A DNA stretch of 62,086 nucleotides, filler included, from an uncultured Thermoplasmatales archaeon (GCA_964517155.1; 6 parts of 6 records of this genome joined end to end with filler, not necessarily neighbours in it), one strand, 5' to 3'. Shown: positions 9,501-19,632, counted from the first letter of the whole stretch. Notes: generated by a model from the letters alone, not told the origin. Translations and numbers: made by a program.

Positions 9501-11153
9501 TTATAATGAAATTGGTAGACCTTTTAGCCCTTCTCTATAATAACTCCAGATAAACTGGACTACCTCATAATAATCCATTATTTCTTCTTCAACCATTCTT
9601 TCTAAAATCCTTTTTCGTTCATCATACAAATTATATATCTCTGCAAGATTTTGATATCCTGCGGTTTTTGCAATTCTCTCCTCAAGAATATAGCTATTTC
9701 GATTCGCAGTAAATTTATGCTCATCTTTTAGCGCATCCCATTCAAATGCTTTACGAGACATTATGCCGTCTACAGCTCTGTTGTAACCCTCTATTTCATC
9801 TATGTTTGTAACCCGTCTCATAAGTTTTCCATCACGCTCAATTGCAAGCTGTATTACTACAAAATCAAGATTATCCATGAATGTCTTTGGAACATTTATT
9901 GGATCACTAGTAAAACGCTGTATAACTTTTGTAACAGTACCTGCGTGAAACGTAGTCATAACTGGATGACCTGTTTGCATAGCACCAAAAACAATGTTTC
10001 CCTCTGCACCTCTAACCTCACCAGGTATTATATATTCAGGTCTTGAACGCAAAGCAGCTCTTAGAAGGTCAAACATTGTAACCCGTCCTTCTTCAGGGCC
10101 TGATTCTTTTGTCAAAAGCTGTTGCCATACTTTATGAGGAACCTGCATTTCAGGTGTTCCTTCTGCTGTATAAATTTTTCTATTAGGTGGGATAAATGGA
10201 ACTATTGCATTCATAGTTGTTGTTTTACCACAGGCGGTACCACCGCATATGAAAAAGTTACGGCCGTATTCACAGCATATCCAAAGATATGCACCAATTC
10301 CTGCACTCAGCGTTCCCCATTTTATAAGTTGTGTAACACTAATTGGTGTTTCAGTAAAACGGCGTATTGTCATACTTGGTCCTTTTATACTTATAGCATT
10401 ACTATAAACAAGATTACCACGACTTCCATCTGGGAGCACTCCATCGACTATGGGCTGTCCCTCACTTACAGGAGTGCCCATTTTTTCACTTAGTTTTCTA
10501 GTAAAAAGATCTGCTTTTTCTTTACTAATCTCTATATTTGTTTTAATCATGCCAAATATTTTATGTATTAAATGAATTTTTTCACCAGTAACAATATGGA
10601 TATCTTCAAGCCAAGGATCACGCATAAAGCATTCTATTTCACTGGTTCCAACAATATTTTTTAAAACATAATACTCAATTACTCTTTTTTGTATAGAAGT
10701 TGCTTTTATTGTATCAATTTTTTTTTTAAACAAACTTTTTTTACTATCGTCTTGTGTTTTTTCTGCTCTTTCATCGACTTGTATGGTTTCATCAATTAAT
10801 TCTTGTAGAATTTTTTTAAGATCTTCATCGGTTTTTACACTTTCTTTTTGTGGTGCTTTTTTAACAATTATTTTTAGTAAAAGATCATATTTTTTTTGCT
10901 CATCAGGACTAAGTCGCGGTTCAATTGAATAATATTCTTTTTCATCCATATCTGCTGTTTTAAAAATATTAACAAAGACAAGACCTTGTGCAGGATATAT
11001 TAAATTAGGGGATTTTTCATCTCTTACTTCAAAGGGTAGATGAGAATAAAAATCAGGTTTTCCTATTTTTTTCTCGATTTTTTCGACGTATTCTTTTAAA
11101 TGAGGATTTTTAGCAAGTAACTCATTTGTTTCTTCTTCTGTCATCTTTCCCAT
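9501..11153 (-). CDS. flaI: Archaellar motor ATPase FlaI/ArlI, downstream copy
   Basis: Walker A GGTACGKTT, RSRPEYIIPGEVRG, MQTGH..TTFHA His box. Confidence 0.92.
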   Translation of the reverse strand: MGKMTEEETNELLAKNPHLKEYVEKIEKKIGKPDFYSHLPFEVRDEKSPNLIYPAQGLVFVNIFKTADMDEKEYYSIEPRLSPDEQKKYDLLLKIIVKKAPQKESVKTDEDLKKILQELIDETIQVDERAEKTQDDSKKSLFKKKIDTIKATSIQKRVIEYYVLKNIVGTSEIECFMRDPWLEDIHIVTGEKIHLIHKIFGMIKTNIEISKEKADLFTRKLSEKMGTPVSEGQPIVDGVLPDGSRGNLVYSNAISIKGPSMTIRRFTETPISVTQLIKWGTLSAGIGAYLWICCEYGRNFFICGGTACGKTTTMNAIVPFIPPNRKIYTAEGTPEMQVPHKVWQQLLTKESGPEEGRVTMFDLLRAALRSRPEYIIPGEVRGAEGNIVFGAMQTGHPVMTTFHAGTVTKVIQRFTSDPINVPKTFMDNLDFVVIQLAIERDGKLMRRVTNIDEIEGYNRAVDGIMSRKAFEWDALKDEHKFTANRNSYILEERIAKTAGYQNLAEIYNLYDERKRILERMVEEEIMDYYEVVQFIWSYYREGLKGLPISL

Positions 11154-11183
11154 TTTTTGTTTTTTCTCCCATTATACTTAATA

Positions 11184-12818
11184 TCATATAGAAATTGGTA
11201 GACCTTTTACGCCTTCTCTATAATATGTCCAGATAAACTGGACTACCTCATAATAATCAAATATTTTTTCTTCAAGCATCCTTTCAAGAATATGTTTTCT
11301 TTTATCAAACTCTTCATAGATATCCATAGGATTTTGAAAACCAGCCATTGGTGCAATTTTTTGCTCTAAGATATAACTATTTCTATTTGATTTAAATTGA
11401 TGAGTGTCACTTGCAGCATCCCATTCAAATGCTTTACGAGACATTATACCATCAACAGTTTTATTGTAACCTTCAATTTCATCAACTGACATTACACGTC
11501 TGAGTCGTTTACCTTTTCTTTGAACGGCAAGTTGAATTAAAACAATGTCAAGGTTGTCCATAAATGGTTTTGGAACATTTATTGGATGACCTGTAAAACG
11601 CTGTATAACCTTTGTTACACTACCTGCATGAAAAGTTGTAACAACAGGGTGACCTGTTTGCATAGCTTGAAAAACGACTCTTCCTTCTTCACCTCTAGTC
11701 TCACCAGGTATAATATAATCGGGTCTTGAACGAAGAGCTGCTTTTAGAAGATCAGATTCATCTACATGGCTTTCTTTAGGCCCTGTTGATCGAGTAAGCA
11801 TCTGCTGCCATACCTTGTGAGGGACTTGTACTTCAGGTGTGTTTTCGACAGAGTAAATCTTTTTTTCAGGAGGGATAAATACAAACATGGCATTTGATGT
11901 AGTTGTTTTACCACTTGCGGTTTCGCCACATACAAATATACTGCAGCCGTATTGCAGAGCAAGCCAGAGATAGGCACCTACGCTAGTGTCAAAAGTCCCC
12001 CAATTCATAAGTTGTGTGACACTAATTGGTGTTTCACTAAATTTACGAACAGTCATGCTAGGTCCTTTAAGGCTTACATCACGACTATGAATAATGTTGA
12101 CACGACTGCCATCTGGGAGAGTTCCATCTGCAATTGGCTGACCTTCACTTACAGGACTGCCTATTTTTTCTGCAAACTCCTGAGAAAAGGTATCAGCCCA
12201 TTTAGTATCTATATAAACATTTGTTTTAACAAGTTCAAACACTTTATGGATAAGATGCACGTTTTCTCCAGTTATAATATGAATATCTTCAATATATGGG
12301 TCTCTCATAAAAGGTTCAAGAGGTCCGCCACCAACTATATCTTTTATTATATCGTATTCTATATTCATTTTTTCTATAGAGCTGACTTTTATCTTTCCGC
12401 CTTTTGATTTACTGATTTTTCCTTCTGATTTTTCATCTACAACTGTAATTTTATCGATTACTTCTTTTATTGCTTTACGTAGCTCATCCTGAGTTTTAAT
12501 GAATTTATCATAATTTGGAGCTTTTTCATACATCATTTCCAAAATTATATCTTTTTTTTGTGTTTCAGAATTATTAAGAACAGGTGCTACAGCATGATAT
12601 TCTCTATGTTCCATATTTTTAGTTTTATAAACATGTATAAAAACTATGCCTTTTGTTGTATAGACTATATTTGGGTTTTCTTGTTCTTTTACATCCCGCG
12701 GAACTTTGCTATAAAAAACAGGCATACCCATTTTTTTTTCTATTTCTTGAATATATTTGTTTAAATGGGGGTTATCCCTCAGTAATTTTTGAACTTCTGC
12801 TTCTTCTATAACAGTCAT
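11184..12818 (-). CDS. flaI: Archaellar motor ATPase FlaI/ArlI, upstream copy
   Basis: Walker A GETASGKTT, RSRPDYIIPGETRG, MQTGH..TTFHA His box. Confidence 0.92.
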   Translation of the reverse strand: MTVIEEAEVQKLLRDNPHLNKYIQEIEKKMGMPVFYSKVPRDVKEQENPNIVYTTKGIVFIHVYKTKNMEHREYHAVAPVLNNSETQKKDIILEMMYEKAPNYDKFIKTQDELRKAIKEVIDKITVVDEKSEGKISKSKGGKIKVSSIEKMNIEYDIIKDIVGGGPLEPFMRDPYIEDIHIITGENVHLIHKVFELVKTNVYIDTKWADTFSQEFAEKIGSPVSEGQPIADGTLPDGSRVNIIHSRDVSLKGPSMTVRKFSETPISVTQLMNWGTFDTSVGAYLWLALQYGCSIFVCGETASGKTTTSNAMFVFIPPEKKIYSVENTPEVQVPHKVWQQMLTRSTGPKESHVDESDLLKAALRSRPDYIIPGETRGEEGRVVFQAMQTGHPVVTTFHAGSVTKVIQRFTGHPINVPKPFMDNLDIVLIQLAVQRKGKRLRRVMSVDEIEGYNKTVDGIMSRKAFEWDAASDTHQFKSNRNSYILEQKIAPMAGFQNPMDIYEEFDKRKHILERMLEEKIFDYYEVVQFIWTYYREGVKGLPISI

Positions 12819-12843
12819 ATTTCATCATTTTTTTATATTTTTT

Positions 12844-13554
12844 TTAGAATGCAACACCACTTGTTTCAATTGTAAGACCAACTCCGGGCCTGACTGAAAA
12901 AGTTGTCAGAGGTTCATATTTATATTTTGCACCATTGAATTTTTCCAGGTATATATTATGAACTATGCCAATACCTGGCATAGATTCACGAGTAATTTTA
13001 AAATGAACATCGCAAATCATGCGAAACGCATTATGAATTTTTTCAGACCATTCATTAGGATTACCTGTAATAATAATTATCTTTCCAGAGCCTTTGAGAC
13101 GATTAAAGAAATTAGTAAGATCAACAAGATTTGCTTCAGTTAAACTCTCAATTAATAATGTTGAAAGCGAATCAATAAAAATGATATCTGGATCAAAAAG
13201 CTTTTTACAAGTGGTTAAACCTTCTAAAAAAGTATTTTTTGGTTTTGTCTCTGCAAGAGTAACTTCAGTTGATATAAAAAGTAATTTTCCACCCATAAGA
13301 TATTTTCTTGTATCATAGCCAACTGATGCAGTTTGTCTAAGAAAACTTTTAATTGTATATTGTGTTGAAACATATGAGCAAGTAAAACCATTTTTTAAAA
13401 AACTATAACAGAAACGCTGGCAAAAAATACTTTTACCCGCACCTTCCTTTCCCTCCATAAATATCAGGGTGCCATCTGGTACTTCTTGTCCAAAACGCTG
13501 GGCAAAACCATCTGATTCACCTTTTCTTTCAAGTATTAACGATTTTATTCCCAT
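12844..13554 (-). CDS. flaH: KaiC/RecA-like archaellar protein FlaH/ArlH
   Basis: EGKEGAGKSIFCQRF Walker A, FIDSLS Walker B, FSVRPGVGL C-terminal motif. Confidence 0.92.
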   Translation of the reverse strand: MGIKSLILERKGESDGFAQRFGQEVPDGTLIFMEGKEGAGKSIFCQRFCYSFLKNGFTCSYVSTQYTIKSFLRQTASVGYDTRKYLMGGKLLFISTEVTLAETKPKNTFLEGLTTCKKLFDPDIIFIDSLSTLLIESLTEANLVDLTNFFNRLKGSGKIIIITGNPNEWSEKIHNAFRMICDVHFKITRESMPGIGIVHNIYLEKFNGAKYKYEPLTTFSVRPGVGLTIETSGVAF

Positions 13555-13580
13555 ATATTTTTATCCCATCCATTATTTTT

Positions 13581-14024
13581 TTATATTTTAAATGCAAATT
13601 CATCAGAAATTGCTTGAGGGCCAACAACTCGTAGATTATGATCTCCTGCAGAAATAGCACTTGTAGAAATATAAAGAGTTGTAACCTGCTCTGTCTGTAT
13701 TGATGTATCTGCGAAACTATAATCTGCGATAACTACAAATTCACCATCTACAAATAAATTAAATGTTTCGTTTGTTGTAGGTATTTTTACTGCACCAATG
13801 TTTTTAATATAAAATAAATAATTGCCACCTGAACTTGGTATGTTATTTGGATCATTTATAATTGTAAATTCTATGTCAAGTTGCTCTTTTACCCTTTCAC
13901 CTTTTTGTGAAAAACTACTTGTTATATCTTGAGTCACAGCGATGAATACTCCAGATACAGCGCCTGCTACTATTACAGATGCTATAAAAAATATTACTTG
14001 TGTGCTTGTTAAACTAAACCCCAT
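13581..14024 (-). CDS. flaG: Archaellar stator protein FlaG/ArlG
   Basis: IFFIASVIVAGAVSG N-terminal helix, IINDP and YIKNIG motifs. Confidence 0.88.
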   Translation of the reverse strand: MGFSLTSTQVIFFIASVIVAGAVSGVFIAVTQDITSSFSQKGERVKEQLDIEFTIINDPNNIPSSGGNYLFYIKNIGAVKIPTTNETFNLFVDGEFVVIADYSFADTSIQTEQVTTLYISTSAISAGDHNLRVVGPQAISDEFAFKI

Positions 14025-14037
14025 TATTTTTTTCTCC

Positions 14038-14466
14038 TTAATTTATTGTATATTCATAATATTTTGATATCCCTTTACTAGTAATCATTTTGAGTGTTCT
14101 AGTTCCATTTCCTTGTAGGTTTCTAACATTGAAATAAACTTGCGAAGTAGGATAAAGATATTCTTTATTGCATTCATAGTTGTATTTTGTGCCGTTTATA
14201 AGTATGTCAAAGTTTTGTGTTTTAAGTGTTATACTACCTGTGTTTTCAACGGTTATATTTAAATCATAGTTTGAAGCATTTGCAGAGATAGATGCATCTG
14301 CAATGCTTATTTCGGTTTGCAATTGATCGATTGCTCTATTTCTCATTTCATCATAAGAATTATGAATCTCTGTTATAGTTGGAATAGTGGTTCCTACTAT
14401 GAGTTCTAAGGATATAAGCACTGCTACACCTATAATTGCAGTTGTAGCAGCAAGTGAGAACCCCAT
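14038..14466 (-). CDS. flaF: Archaellar stator protein FlaF/ArlF
   Basis: MGFS start plus TM helix, VENTGSITL...ILING...YLYP motifs. Confidence 0.88.
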   Translation of the reverse strand: MGFSLAATTAIIGVAVLISLELIVGTTIPTITEIHNSYDEMRNRAIDQLQTEISIADASISANASNYDLNITVENTGSITLKTQNFDILINGTKYNYECNKEYLYPTSQVYFNVRNLQGNGTRTLKMITSKGISKYYEYTIN

Positions 14467-14566
14467 CTATATACCACCTCAAACTAGTGAGTGAATTAGA
14501 TTAAATTTATCCCCTCAAATATTACTTATTTATAAATTATATAAGAAAACAAGTAAATAAATATTT

Positions 14567-15358
14567 TTATTTGAAATTATAGTTTTCAAGCTTTTTAGTA
14601 ATACTTGAAATATCACCATCTATTCTATCTACAAAATGCTTGTCAAGAGCTACTCCTTTTAGCTTTTGTATAAAAATAAACGACTGAATATGATCTTTTG
14701 AAGGCAACTCAGTAATGTTTTTCTTTATTTCTGATTTTTCTCTGTTCTCATCGGCTATTCCATGTGAATAATCAATAAGATTTATTTTTGCATCTTGTGA
14801 AATCCAACCTATATCAACATAATAATCAAGAATATTTGAAAGATTATCTCTTCCGCATCTATCTATTAAATATTGAAGCCATTTCATCAAAACAATGATA
14901 CTTTCAGGATCGATTGGAACATTTTTTAAAGGCTGCCAATCCCAATCATTACCCTTTGGGACTTTTATATCATCTGTTGTAACAACTTTGGTATTTTCAG
15001 CCTCAGAACCGCCTAATCCAGAATATTCATCTATTTTACTTTCTTCCAAGCTTGCAATTCTTTCTTCAAGCTTCTCCAAAGTTTCTAAAAGGGTCTGCAT
15101 GTTAGAATTGTCTGCAATGTTTTTAGAGGCTGCGTAATTTGGCTTTTCAATGTTGTTATAACCGTTAAGAAAACCTGTTATTTTATCAATCAGAAGATAA
15201 AATTGTTCTTTTGAAAGTTTAATGTTTTTTTCTTTTAATTTACTATCTAGTTTTAATGCTATTTTTCTAGGTAAAATATTTTTAGAAACAAGGGTAGATA
15301 GCTCTTTGCTAACATCAAAAATTGAATTATTTTTATTTTGAATTGTACTATCTCCCAT
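14567..15358 (-). CDS. flaD: Archaellar accessory protein FlaD/E
   Basis: MKWLQYLIDRCG..NL..ILDYYVDIGWIS and DHIQSFIFIQKL FlaD/E C-terminal motifs. Confidence 0.85.
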   Translation of the reverse strand: MGDSTIQNKNNSIFDVSKELSTLVSKNILPRKIALKLDSKLKEKNIKLSKEQFYLLIDKITGFLNGYNNIEKPNYAASKNIADNSNMQTLLETLEKLEERIASLEESKIDEYSGLGGSEAENTKVVTTDDIKVPKGNDWDWQPLKNVPIDPESIIVLMKWLQYLIDRCGRDNLSNILDYYVDIGWISQDAKINLIDYSHGIADENREKSEIKKNITELPSKDHIQSFIFIQKLKGVALDKHFVDRIDGDISSITKKLENYNFK

Positions 15359-15378
15359 ACTTACACCTAATTTATTTT

Positions 15379-15845
15379 CTAAGCTTTTAAACTTTCTATA
15401 AATTCATCTAATACTCTATCTATTTTATAGTCAAGAGACAAAGCATTTAGTGATTTTTCAAGTATTAAATCTATGTAATCTTCATTCAGGTTATTATTGT
15501 TTGTCTGAGAAAAGCTGTTTTCAGGATATGCTATGTTGTTATTTACAGGTATTGTAACTGTTTGGCTTTCTTGAATTGGCGTAGGTTCAACTATATTTTT
15601 TGGTTGGACTGTTTCTTCTACTTTTAATTCTTTTTCACCAGTTTGTTCTTCATTTACTGTTGTTACATTTTCATCTAAAGGTATTTCTTCAGATGATTCT
15701 TGTTTTATCTCAGTCTTAGCTATTTTATCATTATTTTTATTTTCTTGCATAGTATTTAAATCTGCACCAGCCCTTACAGCAAATGATTCTATATCCCCAA
15801 GTCTATCTTTTAAATCTTCTATTTCTTTTGTAAAATTTTCAAGTG
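15379..15845 (-). CDS. Probable FlaC-type accessory protein, 5' end cut by the contig edge
   Basis: Frame stays open upstream of the listed ATG to the gap (LENFTKEIEDLKDRLGDIESF coiled coil); position before flaD/E. Confidence 0.5.
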
Positions 15846-15945
15846 NNNNNNNNNNNNNNNNNNNNNNNNNNNNNNNNNNNNNNNNNNNNTTAATTAATTA
15901 ANNNNNNNNNNNNNNNNNNNNNNNNNNNNNNNNNNNNNNNNNNNN
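15846..15945. other. Artificial contig linker (N44-TTAATTAATTAA-N44)
   Basis: Six-frame stop linker inside N runs. Confidence 0.98.
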
Positions 15946-15946
15946 A

Positions 15947-16183
15947 TACATCATTAAATCTGGAATCCGGCAAACACAAGAAGGAATTATTCAAAAATAT
16001 TACTGTAAACACTGCAAAAAATATTTTACCGATAAAACCCAGCCTTACACCCAATATCCACTACATGTCATCCTTTACACCTTGGAACAGTACAATAAAG
16101 GACATCCGGTTAAAAAAGCAAAAACTCTTACTGGAAAAATACCGGTATTCACCACAAAAATAACCATTTATCTCAAGAATTAA
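15947..16183 (+). pseudogene. Fragment of an IS1-like Zn-ribbon/HTH protein, related to the N-terminus of 19935-20891
   Basis: Translates as YIIKSGIRQTQEGIIQKYYCKHCKKYFTD...YPLHVILYTLEQYNKGH, then loses homology and stops. Confidence 0.6.
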
Positions 16184-17067
16184 ACGATAAATGGATCAGG
16201 TACCCCATAGGGGATATAAGAGATAAAGACCGATTAATCAGAGCTGTTGAAAACGTTGATATAATTTTTCATGCCGTTGCATTAAAACATGTTCCATTAT
16301 GTGAATACAACCCATTTGAAGCAGTTAAGACAAACATTCTTGGAACTGAAAATATTATAAATGCGGCTTTACAAGAAGAAATTGACAAACTAGTTTTTAT
16401 TAGTACAGATAAAGCAGTAAATTCTACTAATGTGATGGGTGCTAGTAAACTGTTGGCAGAAAAATTAACAGTCTCTTCAAACTATTTCAAGGGGCAGAAA
16501 AAAACCTCATTTTGCAGTGTACGTTTCGGCAATGTGTTAAATTCCAATGGTTCAGTTATACCGCTTTTCAAAAAACAAATAAAAAATGGCGGACCCGTGA
16601 CAGTAACTGAACCAGATATGACCCGGTTTTTTATGAATATACCCCGTGCAGTAGACTTAGTCTTAAAAGCAGGTTTACTATCTAAAGGAGGAGAAAATTT
16701 TATTTTTAAAATGCCAACAATAAGAATTGGTGATCTAGCTGAAGCTGTAATAGAAAAATATGCACCAAAATTTGGATATGAACCAACTGAAATTAAAATA
16801 AAAAAAATTGGTAAAAGAGCCGGAGAAAAAATGCATGAAGAACTCATGAACGAGATTGATGCAGAAAACACTTATGAAAATAATGAAATGTTTATAACCA
16901 TACCTCCCTCACCAAAAATTATAGAAGTAGAGGGTATTACAACATTAGATTTAAGATCTAACAAAAAACTGCAGAAATTAGCTAAAACTAAAAAAACATC
17001 GTATTCATCGAAAGATAAAAAACCTTTAAACAAAAAAGAAATAATTAAACTCCTACAATATTATTAG
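16165..17067 (+). pseudogene. 5'-truncated UDP-GlcNAc 4,6-dehydratase (CapD/PseB-like)
   Basis: IGDIRD, ALKHVPLCEYNP, ISTDKAV, VRFGNVL and GEKMHEEL motifs; the Rossmann Gly-rich N-terminus and a start codon for the homologous region are missing. Confidence 0.75.
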
Positions 17068-17194
17068 AATAAATTCGGTATAAAACAAAGGAGAATTACC
17101 AGATTATTGATGTTGGAGAGACTGCTGAAGAAAACAAGTTTACTGATTATCCAAAGCAAGTGTATAGCAATTACTCGTTTTCTAAAAAACATAC

Positions 17195-17690
17195 CAATCA
17201 TTAACGTTTCAATAAACAAACATTAATGTTTCTATTTTAAAACAATCTTTAACGTTTCTAAACAATAATTATCAACTTTTTTTAAAAACAATACCAATCA
17301 TTAACTTTTCTTTTTTTAGTTACTTCCTCACCAAAACAAAACAAACCAATCAACATTTACGCGCTTTACGCGCAAAATCTGCCAAGCATCAGCCATCCTT
17401 CATAATTATCAACCCCAGCATCTACCAGCCATCTTTCATATATTAAACATAGCAGCCACCTTCATCAACCTAACAGAAGAAAAAACAAAAAAAAACCAAC
17501 AAACCCAAAAGAAAAGACACCGCTTGCATCCACCTCAATAAAAACCATTATCAACAACAGCAGCCAAACCCCACTTTTTTATCAAAGACGGCAGGTGAAT
17601 CATATATGAAAGATGGCAGGTAAGCATTATGAAGGACAGCAGTTCGTATTTATCAAACCCTGCCAGATTAAGATTTATCAAAACAACACA
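17195..17690. repeat. Degenerate ~22-30-bp-period motif arrays with nested inverted repeats
   Basis: CAATCATTAACGTTTC-like units x5 and TTATSAA-N3-YRGCAG-like units; perfect 16-bp inverted repeat 17428-17443 / 17602-17617. Confidence 0.6.
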
Positions 17691-17917
17691 CGCTTTTTAT
17701 ATTAATACATAATTTTTTCTTTTATTTTTAAACCTGTTTAACGAATAGATAAATATACGCAGGGATTGTATCCTTTTCAAAAACATTTTTAGATAACAAA
17801 ACAAATTTTTCAAAAATCGTTTATTTACAAAGTCTTCTCTTGAAACAGTATTCTGATATTAACTTCAACACTTTTTTTCATGTTCTTGAAGGTTAAGCAC
17901 AAAATCAGTTTCTTTTT

Positions 17918-19444
17918 TTATTTTTGCTTGAATTCCTCTTTTATATATTGACCCATTTTTCTAATGTTAAGAGTATCCATGTAAAATAAGAGGTCTTCTT
18001 TAGTAAATTCCTTGAATAATGCTAAGATGCCCAGGTATATAGCTAGACCCATTGCTGCAAAAACAAGTAGATGATACCAGCGAGTAATCCAACTGATGAA
18101 ATCATAATTGTATAAAAGAACATACATGATTGTGGCCATGATACCTGCTGCAAAAGCATGCAAAAGGATTCGTATATTTCCTTTTGATCCTGTTAGTTTA
18201 TACGACATGATGCGAGTATACACAAGGGAAACAGCAAATGATACAACGGTAGCAATAGCAGCTCCAGTAGCTCCTAACCCAAAGAGTTTAACGCCACCTA
18301 ACAACTGTATATCCTTTGGGATTAATAAAACATTTAATGTTAGATTAAACACAAGCATGATAATAATCCTATTTTTATTGATCCCTGGTTTATTCATGCC
18401 ATTGAATTGTGCTTCATAAGATGTTGATAGGCTTTTGAAAAGAACCGCAAATGGTAAGATTTGTAACATGGGAACTGCTTGCATCCAACCTGAAAGAAGG
18501 ATAAAAGCGGTGGGTTCAGCTAGAATCATCAGGCCAAACACCATAGGAAAGACAATGAGGCTGAGGTGACGTTCTGAGTCAACAGTTAATTTCTTTATTT
18601 GTGTTATGTTTCCCAACTTATGAAGCGCTGAATAGGTTGGAAAGATAAGCACACCAATTGCACTGGTAAAAAGGGTGATGAAATTAGATAATCTGTATGC
18701 CGCAAAATAATAGCCAACATCCGCTGAAGCCCAAAACAATTGAATCATCACTTTATCAATATTATGCATGATAACACTACTAGTTGTCACTAGCATTAAG
18801 GGAAGAGCGAAAACAGCATAACTTTTGATATATTCTTTTGTTGGTTTTTCTATTGGATAGTGTCTAAAAAACAAAAATACCATTATTAGATTTACTAGTT
18901 CACCAGCTACATACGTCCAGGCTAGAGCTAGTGGGCCCATTTCTGATATTGCTACATATACTATTGCAGCAGTGCGGACAACACCGTTTAATAAAAAGGG
19001 TATTTGAATTCTTGCTATTTCTTTTCGAGCTTTAAATGTACCTATGAATGTACTTACAATTTGTTGAGCTATCCAAAAAATAATAATGATGTAAATTGCT
19101 GCTAAGTGATCTGGGCTTTCAAAGCCTCTACCTAATACATTTGTCCAAATGTATAAGCTTGCTAAAAGAATGCCTATTGCAGATAGGAGAAGAACTGTTT
19201 TAAGGCTTAGATGTGTGCCAATGCATCTGCCTAGATTTTTTCCTTCTGAGACTCGCTTGACATGAGCTGAAGTAACGCCTAAATTACAAAAAACAGTAAA
19301 CAAGGTGACAAAGCCCATGGCAAAGGATACAAGACCGTAATCTGTAGGGCTCATGAATCTAGCGATGAAGAACAATCCTAGATAGCCGAGTCCACCATCT
19401 ATGATCTTTGTACTCATGATGAGAACGCTTTTTCTAGCAATCAC
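17918..19444 (-). CDS. Oligosaccharide flippase (Wzx-like, MOP superfamily)
   Basis: Many TM helices; ARFMSPTDYG, IDKVMI...VGYYFAA and GATGAAIAT motifs. Confidence 0.9.
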   Translation of the reverse strand: MIARKSVLIMSTKIIDGGLGYLGLFFIARFMSPTDYGLVSFAMGFVTLFTVFCNLGVTSAHVKRVSEGKNLGRCIGTHLSLKTVLLLSAIGILLASLYIWTNVLGRGFESPDHLAAIYIIIIFWIAQQIVSTFIGTFKARKEIARIQIPFLLNGVVRTAAIVYVAISEMGPLALAWTYVAGELVNLIMVFLFFRHYPIEKPTKEYIKSYAVFALPLMLVTTSSVIMHNIDKVMIQLFWASADVGYYFAAYRLSNFITLFTSAIGVLIFPTYSALHKLGNITQIKKLTVDSERHLSLIVFPMVFGLMILAEPTAFILLSGWMQAVPMLQILPFAVLFKSLSTSYEAQFNGMNKPGINKNRIIIMLVFNLTLNVLLIPKDIQLLGGVKLFGLGATGAAIATVVSFAVSLVYTRIMSYKLTGSKGNIRILLHAFAAGIMATIMYVLLYNYDFISWITRWYHLLVFAAMGLAIYLGILALFKEFTKEDLLFYMDTLNIRKMGQYIKEEFKQK

Positions 19445-19525
19445 AGGACTTTGTCACCTTCTATTTACTTAATTAAATTTAATCTTTCATTTCACAATCT
19501 TCTGCTTTATCTGTTGTGTAACAAT

Positions 19526-19625
19526 NNNNNNNNNNNNNNNNNNNNNNNNNNNNNNNNNNNNNNNNNNNNTTAATTAATTAANNNNNNNNNNNNNNNNNNN
19601 NNNNNNNNNNNNNNNNNNNNNNNNN
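19526..19625. other. Artificial contig linker
   Basis: N run containing TTAATTAATTAA. Confidence 0.98.
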
Positions 19626-19632
19626 AATCTTG

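Noticed and set aside
15890..15901. TTAATTAATTAA palindrome repeated five times in the window
   Set aside because: Always centred in 100-bp N gaps; an artificial six-frame stop linker.
17195..17690. Chromosomal replication origin (ORB array)
   Set aside because: No TCCA-GTGGAAA-like ORB or G-string, and no adjacent orc1/cdc6.
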